Of a stretch of DNA of 64,000 nt, positions 43,283 to 57,581 are shown one piece after another. The stretch lies in assembly GCA_964016885.1 (NCBI GenBank), contig OZ024743.1, positions 328,538,001-328,602,000 on the forward strand, given 5' to 3'. Made by a program: the position numbers and the translations under genes. The notes beneath the pieces were generated by a model. It was not told the DNA's origin, searched no databases, and saw only the letters and a list, made by a program, of their open reading frames with translations. Source of the DNA: Eledone cirrhosa (taxonomy: Eukaryota). Position 1 is the first letter of the stretch, and each line of letters opens with the position of its first letter.

Positions 43283-44175
43283 GTAACAACAACAGTAACA
43301 ACAACAACAACAACAACAACAGTAACAACAACAGTAACAACAACAACAACAGCAGTAACAACAACAACAACAACAGTAACAACAACAGTAACAACAACAA
43401 CAACAGTAACAACAACAGTAACAACAACAACAGCAGTAACAACAACAGTAACAACAACAACAACAGTAACAACAACAGTAACAACAACAACAGAAACAAC
43501 AACGGTAACAACAACAACAACAACGACAACAGCAGTAACAACAACAACAACAACAGTAACAACAACAACAACAAGAGTAACAACAAGAGTAACAACAACA
43601 GTAACAACAACAGTAACAACAACAGTAACAACAACAACAACAACAACAACAACAGTAACAACAACAACAACAACAGTAACAACAACAGTAACAACAACAG
43701 TAACAACAACAGCAACAACAACAACAGTAACAACAACAACAACAGTAACAACAACAGTAACAACAACAACAACAACAACAACAGTAACAACAACAACAAC
43801 GACAACAACAGTAACAACAACAACAGTAACAACAACAACAACAGTAACAACAACAGTAACAACAACAACAACAGTAACAACAACGGTAACAACAACAACA
43901 ACAACGACAACAGCAGTAACAACAACAACAACAACAACAACAAGAACAGTAACAACAACAGTAACAACAACAACAGTAACAGCAACAGTAACAACAACAA
44001 CAGCAACAACAGTAACAACAGCAGTAACAACAACAGTAACAACAACAACAGTAACAACAACATTAACAACAACAACAGTAACAACAACATTAACAACAAC
44101 AACAACAACAACAACAACAGTAACAACAACAACAGTAACAACAACAGTAACAACAACAACAGTAACAACAACAGT

Positions 44176-44206
<31 letters not shown>

Positions 44207-45843
44207 GTAACAACAACAACAGTAACAACAACAGTAACAACAACAGTAACAACAACATTAACAACAACAACAACAACAACAACAACAGCAGTAACAACAA
44301 CAACAGTAACAACAACAACAGCAACAACAACGAGAGTATCAACAACGGCCACATCACCACCACCACTATCACCACCAACACCACCACCACCACCACTACT
44401 ATCCCCACCAACACCACCACCACCACCAACACCACCACCACCAACACCACCACCACAACCACTACCACCAATACCAACACCACCAACACCACCAACACCA
44501 CCACTACCACCAGCACCACCACCGCTACCACCACCAACACCACCACCACCACCACTATCACCACCAACACCACCACCACAACCACTACCACCACCAACAC
44601 CACCACCACCAACACCACCACCACCACAACCACTACCACCGCTACCACCACCACCACCACCACCACCACCACCGCTACCACACCCACCATCACCACCACC
44701 ACCACCGCCACCACCACCATACCACCACCACCACAACCACCAGCTCCACTATCACCACCAACACAACCACCACAACCACTACCACCACCAACACCACTAC
44801 CACCACTACCGCCAACACCACCAACACCACCACCAACACCAACACCACCACTACCGCCAACACCACCAACACCACCACCAACACCAACACTACAACCACC
44901 ACCACCACCACCACCGCCACCACCACCATACCACCATCAACACCACCAACACCACCACTATCACTACCAACACCACCAACACCACCACCACCACCACTAT
45001 CACCACCAACACCACCACCACAACCACCACCACCACCAAATATTACACCACCACCACCACCACTATCACAACCAACACCACCACCAACACCACCACCACC
45101 AACACCACCCCCACAACCACTACCACCACTAACACCAACACCACCAACACCACCAACACCACCACCACCACCAGCACCACCACCGCTACCACTACCAACA
45201 CCACCAACACCACCACTATCACCACCAACACCACCAACACCACCACCACCACCACTATCACCACCAACACCACCACCACCAACATCAACACCACCACCAA
45301 CACCACCACCACCACCACTACCACCACCAACACCACCAACACCACCACCACCACCACTACCACCACTAACACCAACACCACCAACACCACCAACACCACC
45401 ACCACCACCAGCACCACCACCGCTACCACCACCAACACCACCAACACCACCACTATTACCACTAACACCACCAACACCACCACTATCACCACCAACACCA
45501 CCACCACAACCACTATCACCACCAACACCACCACCACCACTACCACCAACACCACCAACACAACCACCACAACCACCACCACCACTACCAACATTAACAC
45601 CACCACCACCACCACTACTATCACCACCAACACAACCACCACCACCACCACTACCACCACCAACACCACCACCACTAACACCAACACCACCAACACCACC
45701 AACACCACCAACACCACCACCACCACCACCACCAGCACCAACACCGCTACCACCACCAACACCACCAACACCACCACTATCACCACTAACACCACCAACA
45801 CCACCACCACAACCACTATCACCACCAACACCACAACCACAGC

Positions 45844-45874
<31 letters not shown>

Positions 45875-46403
45875 CCACCACCACCACCACTACTACCACC
45901 AAAACCATCAACACCACCACCGCCACAACCGCTACACCACCATCCCTACCACCACCACCGCCACAACCGCTACCACCGCCAACACCACCACCAACACTAC
46001 CACCACCAACACCACCACTACCACCACCACCGCTACCACCACTACTACCACCACCACCACCACCACTACCACCAGCACCACCACCACCACCACCGCTACC
46101 ACCACCACCGCTACCAACACCATTACCACCACGACTACCACCACCGCTACCACCACCATCACCACCACCACCACCACCACGACTACCACCAACACCACCA
46201 CACCATCACCGCCACCACCACCACTACCACCACCACCACCAACACCATCACCGCCACCACCACCACCACTACCACCACCACCACCACTACCACCACCACC
46301 ACCACCACCAAAACCACCACCACCACCAAAACCACCACCACCACCACCACCACCACCACCACCACCACCACCACCACCACCACCACCACTACCACCAACA
46401 CCA
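42975..46403. repeat. (AAC/AGT)n then (ACC/AAC)n trinucleotide fields
   Basis: Directly visible. Switch from AAC-AGT to ACC near 44350. Confidence 0.95.
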
Positions 46404-46404
46404 T

Positions 46405-47720
46405 TATTCTCTCTAAAGAGAAGTGTATCTCACAGGGTGAAGAGAATACTTGCCAATCTCCTTAACCCGATCAAAACATCTTCCGATGTATATCGGAGTT
46501 CGATGATTAACATTTCGGAGGTCGATGTCACCAGAGCAATTAAAGAAGTTAAATGTGTCAAAGCCGTCGGGGAGGATGAAATTCGGGCCAAGGTATTAAA
46601 AGCCTTAAAAAGAGAAGGTATTCTCTGGCTGACTCGTGTGTGCCGGGTGGCCTACATCTCTGGAAAGGTACCTAAGCAATGGTACTCGCCAGTGATAACC
46701 CCAATTTTCGAATAGAGAGACCAGCTGGATTGGTCTAATTACAGAGGTGTCTCCTTGTTAAACCTCCACGGTAAAGTCTATACTAAGTGAAGTAGGGATA
46801 TTGACGAGTCCAAGCTAACTGATGAACTGTCGACCAAATATTCACACTGCAGAAAGTCTTGTGAGAATTGTGAAGAGGTGCATTCTTGTTTCGTACACAT
46901 CGAAAAGGCATATGACCGCGTTCCACGAGACCTGTTGTTGAAGGTTCTGCAGGAGCATCGGATTGATGGTCAGCGTTTTGCCCTGGTGTCTATACGAATG
47001 CACTAGAATTTGTATTCGGATAAATGGTGCTAAATCGAAACCATTCAACATAGGTGTCGAAATCCTCCAAGGGTGCGTACTGTTCCCTCTCCTGCTCATA
47101 TTTTTCATGAACAGGCTTGGCATACACACCCAAGGTGGAAGTGGTATCAGGACTGGCGAGTGTAAAAATTAGTTGGCTGGAATTTGCAGTGGCAAGGTAT
47201 TTCATAACCTGCCCGAGGGCAATCTCCGACATGCACTTGAGAGGTTTAATACCGAGTACTTCACGAAAGATTTGAAAATCAATAAAGGGAAGATTTAGAC
47301 AATCATCTTCTCAAGGAAACCTGCACATTGCATTCTACATGTGTGCGAAGTTCCACTGAAGCAGGTAGAGGAGTTCAAGTATCTCGTGTTCACGAATGAT
47401 GGAAGGCAGGAGGCTAAATTAAGTGATTGAATTGCAGTAGCTGGTGAAGTAATGTACCAAGTTCAGCATTTGGTAATCAGAAGGGAGGTAGGTGTAAAAG
47501 CCAAACTCGCTGTCTTCAATTCGGTATTCCTGTCAACCTTTAACTCTGGTCATGAATGTTCGGTATTGACCGAAATAATACGATGGCGAATACAAGCGAT
47601 TGAAATGGGGTTTCTCCAAAGGGTCTTTGAAGCAAGGTTACTCAATAGAGTGTGTAGCTCGGAGATCAGAGAGTCACTCCAGGTAGAGCCGATACTTCTC
47701 CGAATTGAGGAATCACAGAT
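46405..47720 (+). pseudogene. Decayed RTE-clade LINE (Expander/Rex3-like) RT fragment
   Basis: KAVGEDEIRAKVLKAL..GILWLTRVC..GKVPKQW, NYRGVSLL, EKAYDRVPR, QGCVLFPLL and KAKLAVFNSVFLSTFNSGHE..RIQAIEMGFLQRV..IRESLQVEPILLRIEESQ. Multiple stops and frameshifts. Confidence 0.85.
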
Positions 47721-47799
47721 GTATGTATGTATGTATGTATGTATGTATGTATGTATGTATGTATGTATGTATGTATGTATGTATGTATGTATGTATGTC

Positions 47800-48406
47800 T
47801 GTAAGGTCACCAGTTGGTGCTACTGGTAACATGTATTCCAGTACAACTTGACTCATGGTCGGGTCGTAGGCGACTAAACTGGCAACCCCACCAAGGTTTC
47901 TGGGCGAGGAGGGTAATTTTGGACATTCTGCAGGACTAAAAACAAAACCTGTCAAAAGGCAAAGGAGCTCTTAAGAGTCAATGGCCATCCAAAATCACCG
48001 GGAGAGATGACCCCTTAGCCTTTGTCAAGGCAGAATTGTAGAAGGAAAACTCTGATATAACACCTGCAACCCTGATGGTGTCCAATGATGTTGACTTGTT
48101 CTTCGTTTTGGTAAATATCATCTTGGTTAAGAGAGTGGGACTGGCTTTGTGCAGTGCCTTTGCTCACTATAAAAGCTTCACGGCACAGGCATTGCTTTAT
48201 ATCTGGAGATCTCTCTGCACTTGTCGTCACATGATACCATGGGCCCAGCACTATGTGTCAATAACTGTCACAAGTGTAGTGTTTGTACCAGAGTTTTCAA
48301 GTCGCTGGCTGGACTAAAAAGTCACACTCGTTCAGTGCATTGGTAGGGGTTCTCCTACATGGATATAAAGTAGTGGCCGTACTCGAAAACGAGTCGGCAG
48401 CCACCA
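47800..48406 (-). mobile_element. About 605-bp non-coding element in (TACA)n, copy 2
   Basis: Reverse-complement homolog of 9381-9986, flanked by (TATG)n. Confidence 0.88.
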
Positions 48407-48471
48407 TGTATGTATGTATGCATGTATGTGTTTGTATGTATATATGTATGTATATTTGCGTATCTGAGTGA

Positions 48472-48516
<45 letters not shown>

Positions 48517-48699
48517 TAGATATATAGAAAGAGATAGACAGATAGATATGTATGTATGTATTACACACACACACAGACGCACGCATGCATGTATTTCCCC
48601 GTTACCAGCGAGTCGTGGGGGCACGTATTGATATAAATATTGAGCTTTTTAAAACCTGGCAGAGCCCATCTCCTCTCCAGGTTGAATACAGCCGATTTC

Positions 48700-48884
48700 T
48701 TCTTGAGAATTGAGAAAGAGATATAGAGGAAGAATCGACCCAGTACTGGACTGGTACCTTTTTTATCGCCCTTGGATGAAAGGCAAAGTAGACTTCGGCA
48801 GATTTGAACTGAGAGAACAGGGAGCAGAAGAAATAACAGAAATCATTCTATCGGACGTTCAAACGTCTCAGTCAATTCGCCGCC
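48700..48884 (-). mobile_element. tRNA-derived SINE (octopus OR-type by recollection)
   Basis: Reverse complement of the family at 55575-55758 (ggatgaaaggcaaagtagacttcggcagatttgaactga). Starts ggcggcgaattgactga on the minus strand. Confidence 0.7.
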
Positions 48885-48956
48885 ATTACATATACTCACG
48901 CGCGCGCGCGCGCGCACACACACACACGCACGCACACACACACACACACACACACG

Positions 48957-49003
<47 letters not shown>

Positions 49004-49136
49004 CGGTAAATCACAGAACAGTAAAAGTTGTGTAGTTTATGTAAAGACAGGGGTGGAAAATGACGAACGTTATGTTGGAGTGGTATGGATGGATAACAAT
49101 ATTAACGTTACTGTTATTATTACCACCAGCACCAGC

Positions 49137-49214
<78 letters not shown>

Positions 49215-49974
49215 AATTTGATGACATGAATCTATCTTTGTATAGTTTGATTTCCTGACCAAAAGTCATATATAATCAATTTATTATCAATTTCCTGATT
49301 GAAAGTCATAAACAATCTATCTTTTACCAATTTCCTGGCTGGAACCAATGAAAACAACAACAACAACTGAAAATAAATAAGCAAATAAAAAAAGAAAAAG
49401 AAAAGAAGAAGCGATCCGTTATTGTATTCCTTTATGTCTGTATGTCGTTTATTTATGTAACTATGTGTGTGTATACATATGATTGTATACATGGGTGTAT
49501 ACAAATATACACGTGTATGTGAAAGGATAATTACGTGTTAAAGAAGATGACCTCACATTTATTCCCCTTTGGTGGTTATAATCTAAGCCAGGGGGATCTG
49601 ATGTCATCAGATATTGTCCAACGTCCATTGGATGTTTCAATCCTTAAGCGAAACACCCCCTCATTGGTAGGTCAGCAATGGTGGACAAATAGCTGCTTAT
49701 CTTCTCCTCTTCGTTTCCTACTTATCTCTTCTCTCCTGCTCACCAACAAGAGGCTCTATCTACTGCCTCCCACATCCTGTGAGCTGCTACCTTCTTCTAA
49801 CTCCCTGTTAATCCAATCGCAGTGAACCTCCTCCGCCCCGATTAAGTCAGAAATCCCCTTAAGTCTATTTCAACTAGAAATAGCCATGCCTGCCATTCTT
49901 TCTCCCCGTAACCCTTCTACATGGTCTTGGTACTTGGCACTCTTTCATTCAAAAACATTGTCGCACTATTCTTC

Positions 49975-50375
49975 CCTAGAACCACATCTGGCTTTGAACA
50001 ACATGTGGCCAAGAATCACATAATTTCTAGAACTGCATCTGGTCCAGAACAACATCTCGCCAAGAAGCACCTCTGACCCAGAACCACATCTGGTCTTGAA
50101 CCACATCTAGCCTAGAACCACATCTGGTTTTGAACCACATCTGGCCCAGAAACACATCTGACCTAGAACCGCATCTGGCCTAAAAGTACATCTGGCCTAG
50201 AACCGCATATGGCCTACAACCACATCTGGGCTTGAACCACATCTGGTCTAGAACCATATATGGCCCAGAACCACATATGGTCTAGAACAACATGATGCCC
50301 AGTACCATATCTGGCCTAGAACCACATCTGGTCTCGAACCGCATCTGGCGTAGAAACACATTTGATCCTGAACCA
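49975..50375. repeat. 17-bp minisatellite
   Basis: Unit approximately tagaaccacatctggcc, more than 20 diverged copies. Confidence 0.88.
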
Positions 50376-50880
50376 GAGCTGGTTTCAGTGTTGCTTGGAC
50401 CACATGGGGGAACTGCAGCCTTTTTCAAAAGTTACCTTTCATATCTCATGATTGGGCCATTTGTAGTAGGACTCATATCCTTACACTCGTAGATGGCTTT
50501 CCTCTCTCTCACTAACTAAATATAGATACGCACACAGACACTCACACACATAGACACACAAACACACTCAGACATACACACATATATACGCACACATAGA
50601 TAAATACAGACACACACAGACATGCACACACACACATAAATACACATATACATACATACACACATACATATGTACATACACATGCACACATATACACACA
50701 CAAACATATGCACACATACACACAGATACAGACTCACAGAAACACCCTATGTCAATACAGCAGCGCCTCCTATGGACTCTATCAGGAGTTACGAGACTAA
50801 AGAGAGAGAAGAGAGAAAGGTATAACATGTTACTAGCATAACTTGACCATTTAATTGGGATCTTAAGCAATCCTGTCAAG

Positions 50881-51170
50881 GGAGATAAATCCCTCATCTG
50901 GTACGCCACATGCGGTGACATGTTCTCCGCCTCCAACTTAGTCGCTTCCACCACAAACCCCGACACCGCGGCCCGCAATGCAGAGGACAAGGAAACAAGC
51001 AAATATCGGGATTTGTCAGGCAACTTCCTCTTTTCTTCGCCGTCTAGACCTCAGACGTCCTCGGATCCCATACAGTCGAGCTCCTCCCTGGCCATTGTTC
51101 GCTAAAATACCTTTGCAGTCTAAGGGGCACAGCTGAAACACCGTCCCGATCTAGAGGTTGAGCCTGTCAC
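50881..51170 (+). pseudogene. Fragment of a CRE-like REL endonuclease domain
   Basis: GDKSLIWYATCGDMFSASNLVASTTNPDTAARNAEDKETSKYRDLSGNFLF, then frameshifted AV*TSDVLG. Same domain type as 18715-19008. Confidence 0.7.
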
Positions 51171-51641
51171 GCTATCTCCTGCCCCCTCTTTTTTATATAA
51201 ATGTGAAGAAAAGGAGGGAAAGAGCAAAGACTATGAGACGAGATTGGTTGACAGAGGAAGTATTGGGACATTTGGAAATGGAAAATAGCGTGGCCATTTG
51301 TATGAATGTGTGTGTGTATGTATCTGCATATATATCTATGTGAGTGTATGAATATATGTATGTATGTGTATGCATATATGTATGTATGTGTATATATATG
51401 TGTGTGTATATATATGTATATATGTGGTTGTATGTGAATGTGTATGCATGTGTATGAGTGTATGTATTATGCATGTGTGTGATTGTATGTATGTATATAT
51501 ATATATATATATACACACACACTTAGCTTTTGAATTTGCTTTGCAAGATTTCTTATCTGAAAACGTGTGTTGAAACATATTGTTATACTTTGGGATGTGC
51601 GTGTATGTATATATATATATATATCTCCAGGGAGTGTAACT

Positions 51642-51672
<31 letters not shown>

Positions 51673-51769
51673 GTGAGTGTGTATGTGTGTGTGTGTGTCT
51701 GTCGGTCAGTATGAATGAATGTGTGTGTGTCTTTCTGTCTGTATGTATGTTTATGTATATATGTGTGTA

Positions 51770-51819
<50 letters not shown>

Positions 51820-52103
51820 TGCGTGTCCTTATGTATGTGTATTATATAGATATGTGGGTATGTATATATATATTTGTATGTGTATGTATATAGGTGTGTA
51901 GGTCTATATATATATATATATATATATTTGTAAGTGAGTTGTAATAAAATGAAAACGAAATTTCATTTCTCACTCTTAGTACGGCACTTACTTAAATGCA
52001 AGTATGTATGTATGCGTGCATACATATATGTATACAGACGTACAGTAGCATGCATATATATATATATATATATATATAGTTTTAATATAGAAGAGATTCT
52101 ACA

Positions 52104-52145
52104 GGACTAGAACTGTTTCATTCATTAGAAATCATCAGGAATCTG
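52104..52145 (-). ncRNA. Hammerhead ribozyme in inverted pLTR of PLE F
   Basis: Reverse complement of 55305-55346. Confidence 0.65.
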
Positions 52146-52313
52146 GGTATCAAAAAATAAATATGGTATTTATAGGTCTCTACAAGTGGTAGGAGAGGGT
52201 GGAGAGTGGGATGGGTGCAGGTCATTGGTTGATAGAAAAGGGAATTCATTAAAAGCTAATTCTACAAAGCTATAGTTTATTTTTATTTTTATTTATATTT
52301 ATTTATGTTTTTA

Positions 52314-52763
52314 GAGTGTAATTGCCTAAATAAGGAAGCATGCCCACTAGAAAACAAATGCGTCACAAATGACATCGTGTACAAATGCGATGTCATCTCA
52401 GGCACCGAGGATTGCAAAAAAACTTACATCGGCATGACCTCCAACAACTTTAAGACCCGTTGGTATGCCCATACCCACTCCTTCAGAAGACCGGATAAAT
52501 CAAATCAAACAACACTCGCCTCCTACGTTTGGGACCTCAAAAGGAACTCCACCCCCTTCACGCTTAATTGGAAAATACTCCAGAAAGCGCGCTCTTACAA
52601 CGGAGGACACAAGGGCTGCGACCTTTGTATTTCAGAGAGCTACGAAATTTTATTCGCCAAGGGCCCGCTACTGAACAAACTCTCTGAACACTGCCCGAAC
52701 TGCATGCACAAGAACTTTGCAACATTCAAACACTTTAAGCCAGTGTTAAAGCCCGATGGCTAA
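52314..52763 (+). pseudogene. PLE (Naiad-like) C-terminal zinc linker plus GIY-YIG endonuclease, RT lost
   Basis: CNCLNKEACPLENKC, IVYKC..TYIGMT, FKTRWYAH, TTLASYVWDLK, CDLCISE and LLNKLSE. Homologous to the C-terminus of the 586-aa ORF. The apparent Met comes from the inverted pLTR. Confidence 0.9.
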
Positions 52764-52949
52764 AAACGACCTCCCCCTATTGGCCCCTATACCTCCTCCC
52801 CACCCTACCCCCACCCCTCCTCAACCTGAAACACGGCCACTATGGTTATGTGAGTACCTCTTTCGTATCTACATTTTCTGCCTGTAGAGGTGTCTTTATG
52901 TGCCTGCGTATATGCGTATATTTATTGAGTACCTATTTACTTGTATGTG

Positions 52950-52981
52950 TATATATTTGTTTGTATATGTGTAAATGTGTA

Positions 52982-53038
<57 letters not shown>

Positions 53039-53095
53039 ATGTATGTGTATGTGTATGTATATGTGTATATGTATGTATGTGTGTATGTGTGTGTG

Positions 53096-53144
<49 letters not shown>

Positions 53145-53211
53145 ATATATATATATATATATATGGGCATGTGTGTGTGTGTATGTATGTGTGTGCGCGT
53201 GTGTGTGTGTG

Positions 53212-53302
<91 letters not shown>

Positions 53303-53344
53303 ATATATATGTGTATATATATATGTATATGGTTGTGTGGGCAG

Positions 53345-53392
<48 letters not shown>

Positions 53393-53452
53393 ATATTTGT
53401 ATGTATATATGTATATATGTGTGTATGTGTGTGTGTGTATATGTATGTATAT

Positions 53453-53508
<56 letters not shown>

Positions 53509-53591
53509 GTGTATGTGTGTATATATATATATATATATGTGTATATGTATGTATGTGTACGTGTGTATGTATGTGTGTGTGTATATATGTA

Positions 53592-53650
<59 letters not shown>

Positions 53651-53998
53651 GTGTGTGTGTGTATGTGTGTATATATGTGTGTATATATATGTGTATTTGT
53701 ATGTGTCTGTGTTTGTGTATGTGTGTATGTATGTATATATGTGTGTATATATGTGTGTGTATGTGTGTGTATATATATATATATGTGTATATGTGTATAG
53801 ATGTATATATGTGTGTATATGTATATATATATGTATATATATGTGTATATATATATGTATGTGTATGTATGTGTGTGTGTATATATTTATATATATGTGC
53901 GTGAGAGAGAGAGTGTGTATATATATTTTGTGTGTGGGTGTGTGTATGTGTGTATGCGCGTGTGTGTATATATATATATATGTGTATGTGTGTGTGTA

Positions 53999-54069
<71 letters not shown>

Positions 54070-54235
54070 GTATGTATATGTATATATATATGTATATATA
54101 TGTATATGTATATGTGTGTGTATATACGCGTTATATGTCTGTATATATATTTGTATATTTATGTATAGGTCTGTGTATGTATGTGTATGTTTGTATATGT
54201 ATGTATATATATATATATATGTATGTATATGTATA

Positions 54236-54308
<73 letters not shown>

Positions 54309-54315
54309 ATATATG

Positions 54316-54358
<43 letters not shown>

Positions 54359-54467
54359 ATAAATATTTATACATATGTATACTCGTGTTTGTATGTACGC
54401 GTGTGAGTGTATTTATTTGTGTATATATGTATGTGTGTGTGTATGTATGTGTATGTGTGTGTGTATC

Positions 54468-54552
<85 letters not shown>

Positions 54553-54583
54553 ATCTGTGTATATGTATATGTGTATGTATATG

Positions 54584-54626
<43 letters not shown>

Positions 54627-54810
54627 GTGTATATGTATTGTATATGTATGTATGTATGTATGTGTGTATGTATGTGTGTGTACATGAATATATATTTATA
54701 TTTATATATATTTATATATTTTTTATATATGTGTGTGTGTTTTTATGTGTGTATATGTGTTTGTGTGTGTGTTTATGGTTGCGCGTAAGTGTGTGAGTGA
54801 GTATGTGTTT
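52950..54810. repeat. (TA/TG)n microsatellite field inside the PLE F 3'UTR
   Basis: Directly visible. Confidence 0.95.
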
Positions 54811-55304
54811 TTTTGTTTTTTTGTTTTTTTGTTTTTTTGTGAATGTGTCCGTTGATTTTTGGCATATAGTTGATTAGTTTAAGAGAAGTTCGAAGATAAT
54901 AGTAAGATATGCACTCAGTATTTTGAATCTGTCTTCAGAATTCTCTAGACCTTTGTCACTTAGTAGAACCTTAATGACTTTAGCTTTTAAAGAATCTCCC
55001 TTTTCTTTAATTCTATCGACCATGACTGACCCCCCACTGACTTTATAGACATCTGTTAGCTTAAGAGAAACTTATTGACAAGGAATGGTATGCCATCCGG
55101 AACCTGTTTATAGAATTCTGTCTGCCTTTGTTACTCTAAAAACATAAATAAATATAAATAAAAATAAAAATAAACTATAGCTTTGTAGAATTAGCTTTTA
55201 ATGAATTCCCTTTTCTATCAACCAATGACCTGCACCCATCCCACTCCCCACCCTCTCCTACCACTTGTAGAGACCTATAAATACCATATTTATTTTTTGA
55301 TACC

Positions 55305-55346
55305 CAGATTCCTGATGATTTCTAATGAATGAAACAGTTCTAGTCC
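55305..55346 (+). ncRNA. Minimal type I hammerhead ribozyme in 3' pLTR of PLE F
   Basis: gattc-CTGATGA-tttctaatgaat-GAAA-cagttc-tagtcc. Intact core, weak stems. Confidence 0.65.
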
Positions 55347-55438
55347 TGTAGAATCTCTTCTATATTAAAACTGTTATACTCTGCTATGTATTGAGTACCT
55401 TACTTACTGTGGTTACCTCCGATTCAACCCGGAATAAC

Positions 55439-55481
<43 letters not shown>

Positions 55482-55574
55482 TACATACAGGTACACATAC
55501 ATATATGTACGCTACTGTACGTCTGTATACATATATGTATGTACGCATACATACATACATACATACTTGCATTT

Positions 55575-55758
55575 GGATTGGCAGTATCGGTAGAGGGTCG
55601 GACGCCATGCTTTCAGCATAGTTACGTCCCTTTACGATCTGAGTTCAAATCCCGCCGAGGTTGACTTTGCCTTTCATCCTTACGGGGTCGATAAAATAAA
55701 GTACCAGTAATGCACTGGGTAATTGCTGGCCTTGTGCCTAAAGTAGAAACAATTATTT
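55575..55758 (+). mobile_element. tRNA-derived SINE (octopus OR-type by recollection)
   Basis: A box tggcagtatcgg, B box gagttcaaatccc, followed by gccgaggttgactttgcctttcatccttacggggtcgataaaataaagtaccag. Confidence 0.75.
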
Positions 55759-56056
55759 GTAAGTGAATATATATATATATATGTGTGTATGCATGTATAT
55801 ACATATTTGTATATGTATCTATATATGTATGTATGTATATATATATATATGTATATATATATTATATATTTGGTATCTATATATGTTCATATCTATCTAT
55901 CTATCTATCTATATATCTATATATATATATATATATATATACAGATATACATATATATGTGTGTGTGTGTGTGTGAGTACGTATATATATGTGTGTATGT
56001 GTGTGAGTGTGTGTGTGTGTGTGAGCGTGAGTGTGTTTGTGTTTGTGAGTGTGTGT

Positions 56057-56526
56057 GTGTGTGTGAGTGTGAGAGTGTGTGTGTGTATGCGTGTATATAA
56101 CATTAAAAGGACTAACACTAACATCAGATTACATAAAACTTTTTAACGGAACCGTTTAATAGGGAAGTTGTTAAACAGACCGTGTTCATAAATAGACTTA
56201 GATAGGACCACCCAACAGCAAGATGGCCGACTGCTGCCTACTTGTGGTGGACCTAACATATACCTAACTAGATATATATATTTGTATGTGTGTGTATAGC
56301 TAGACTATACTGTAGTCAGGTATATGTTAGGTCCACCACAAGTAGGCAGCAGTCGGCCATCTTGCTGTTGGGTGGTCCTATCTAAGTCTATTTATGAACA
56401 CGGTCTGTTTAACAACTTCCCTATTAAACTGTTCCGTTAAAAAGTTTTATGTAATCTGATGTTAGTGTTAGTCCTTTTAATGTTATATACACGCATACAC
56501 ACACACACTCTCACACTCACACACAC
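56057..56526. mobile_element. Palindromic fold-back element G (hammerhead degenerate or absent)
   Basis: Arms 56057-56270 and 56313-56526, near-perfect, extending into the flanking (TG/CA)n. Only a decayed ctgttta...taaactgttc motif at about 56400-56438. Confidence 0.75.
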
Positions 56527-56557
<31 letters not shown>

Positions 56558-56660
56558 AATATATATATACACACATACATGCATACGTACATACATATAA
56601 TCAGGATTTAATCTGTATGAAACTAGTAAGACCATTCTTCAACAGAGTACTCGATTAGGT

Positions 56661-56738
<78 letters not shown>

Positions 56739-56965
56739 TGTGTGAGTATGTTACGTTTATCTCTTGGTTATGGGTTTCAAATTTTGTTTGATTAGATATA
56801 AAATATTTGGTGGTTGATTTGTTTGTAGTGAATGTTGGTTTATTGTATTAAAAGTTGTCTGGTTTTGTGACTGACCAATTTTATTTGTGTTGTGGGTCTT
56901 GGCTGATTGGTTTGGGTTCTTAGTATTCGTCTCCTATTATCCTGTTGATGGTTGTGGTTGTGAGA

Positions 56966-57016
<51 letters not shown>

Positions 57017-57019
<3 letters not shown>

Positions 57020-57296
57020 GGTGGTTCAATAGATTCGTGGTTTACTGAGGCAGAGTGTATATATTGAAAACAAAGCGAGGTTTCACATTAAGGTCTTTAT
57101 TGATTATACACAATTACGACTGTTTCACAGATGGGTGGCTCAGGATCTATATAAATGCTATAGACCCGACTCCGGCTCCATCTGCTCTTCAGATTTGTTA
57201 ATCAAGCAAAACCAAAATCTCATCTGTGACATGTTCGTAATTGTGTATAATCAATAAAGGCCTTAATGTGAAACCTCGCTTCGTTCTCAATATATA
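57017..57296 (-). mobile_element. Fold-back hammerhead element H
   Basis: Arms about 57058-57133 and 57221-57296. Extension 57017-57057 ending agagtg directly at the arm. (TA)n flanks. Confidence 0.8.
57110..57198 (-). ncRNA. Type I hammerhead ribozyme with extended stem II
   Basis: Minus strand: acaaat-CTGAAGA-gcagatgg...gggtctata..tatagatcc...ccatctgt-GAAA-cag-TC-gtaattgt. Confidence 0.78.
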
Positions 57297-57306
57297 TATA
57301 TATATA

Positions 57307-57581
57307 TGAAGTGTTTCCGTAGGAAAGGTAAAGGAAAAGAGAGTGCTCTATGTAGCTACAGAGCTTTTTAGTGATGTAATAAACAACATAAGATATTTAT
57401 TTCATTTACCAAAGGTTTCACGAAGACAGACGACCCTGACACAGATGTCTGACTTCGGTCTAGAATATATATAATTTTAAATAAATTTTCATTCTGACGA
57501 CCGAAGTCAGACATCTGTGTCAGGCTCGTCTGTCTTCGTGAAACCTTTGGTAAATGAAATAACTATCTTATATTGTTTATT

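Larger units (their letters stand above)
52078..55440 (+). mobile_element. Strongly 5'-truncated PLE F with inverted 5' pLTR, GIY-YIG remnant, internal microsatellite, 3' pLTR and extension
   Basis: Inverted repeats 52078-52317 and 55133-55372, nearly identical, each with a hammerhead. Extension 55373-55440 with tactct...gagta. (TA)n flanks. Confidence 0.88.

Noticed and set aside
42925-46465. Very long ORFs (603, 730, 1171 and 588 aa)
   Set aside because: Pure trinucleotide-repeat translations.
49975-50375. Relationship between the 17-bp repeat and the 26-bp satellite (shared accacatc)
   Set aside because: Only 8 nt are shared, too little to claim common origin.
52850-54788. Ile/Tyr/Cys/Val-rich ORFs
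   Set aside because: (TA/TG)n microsatellite translations.
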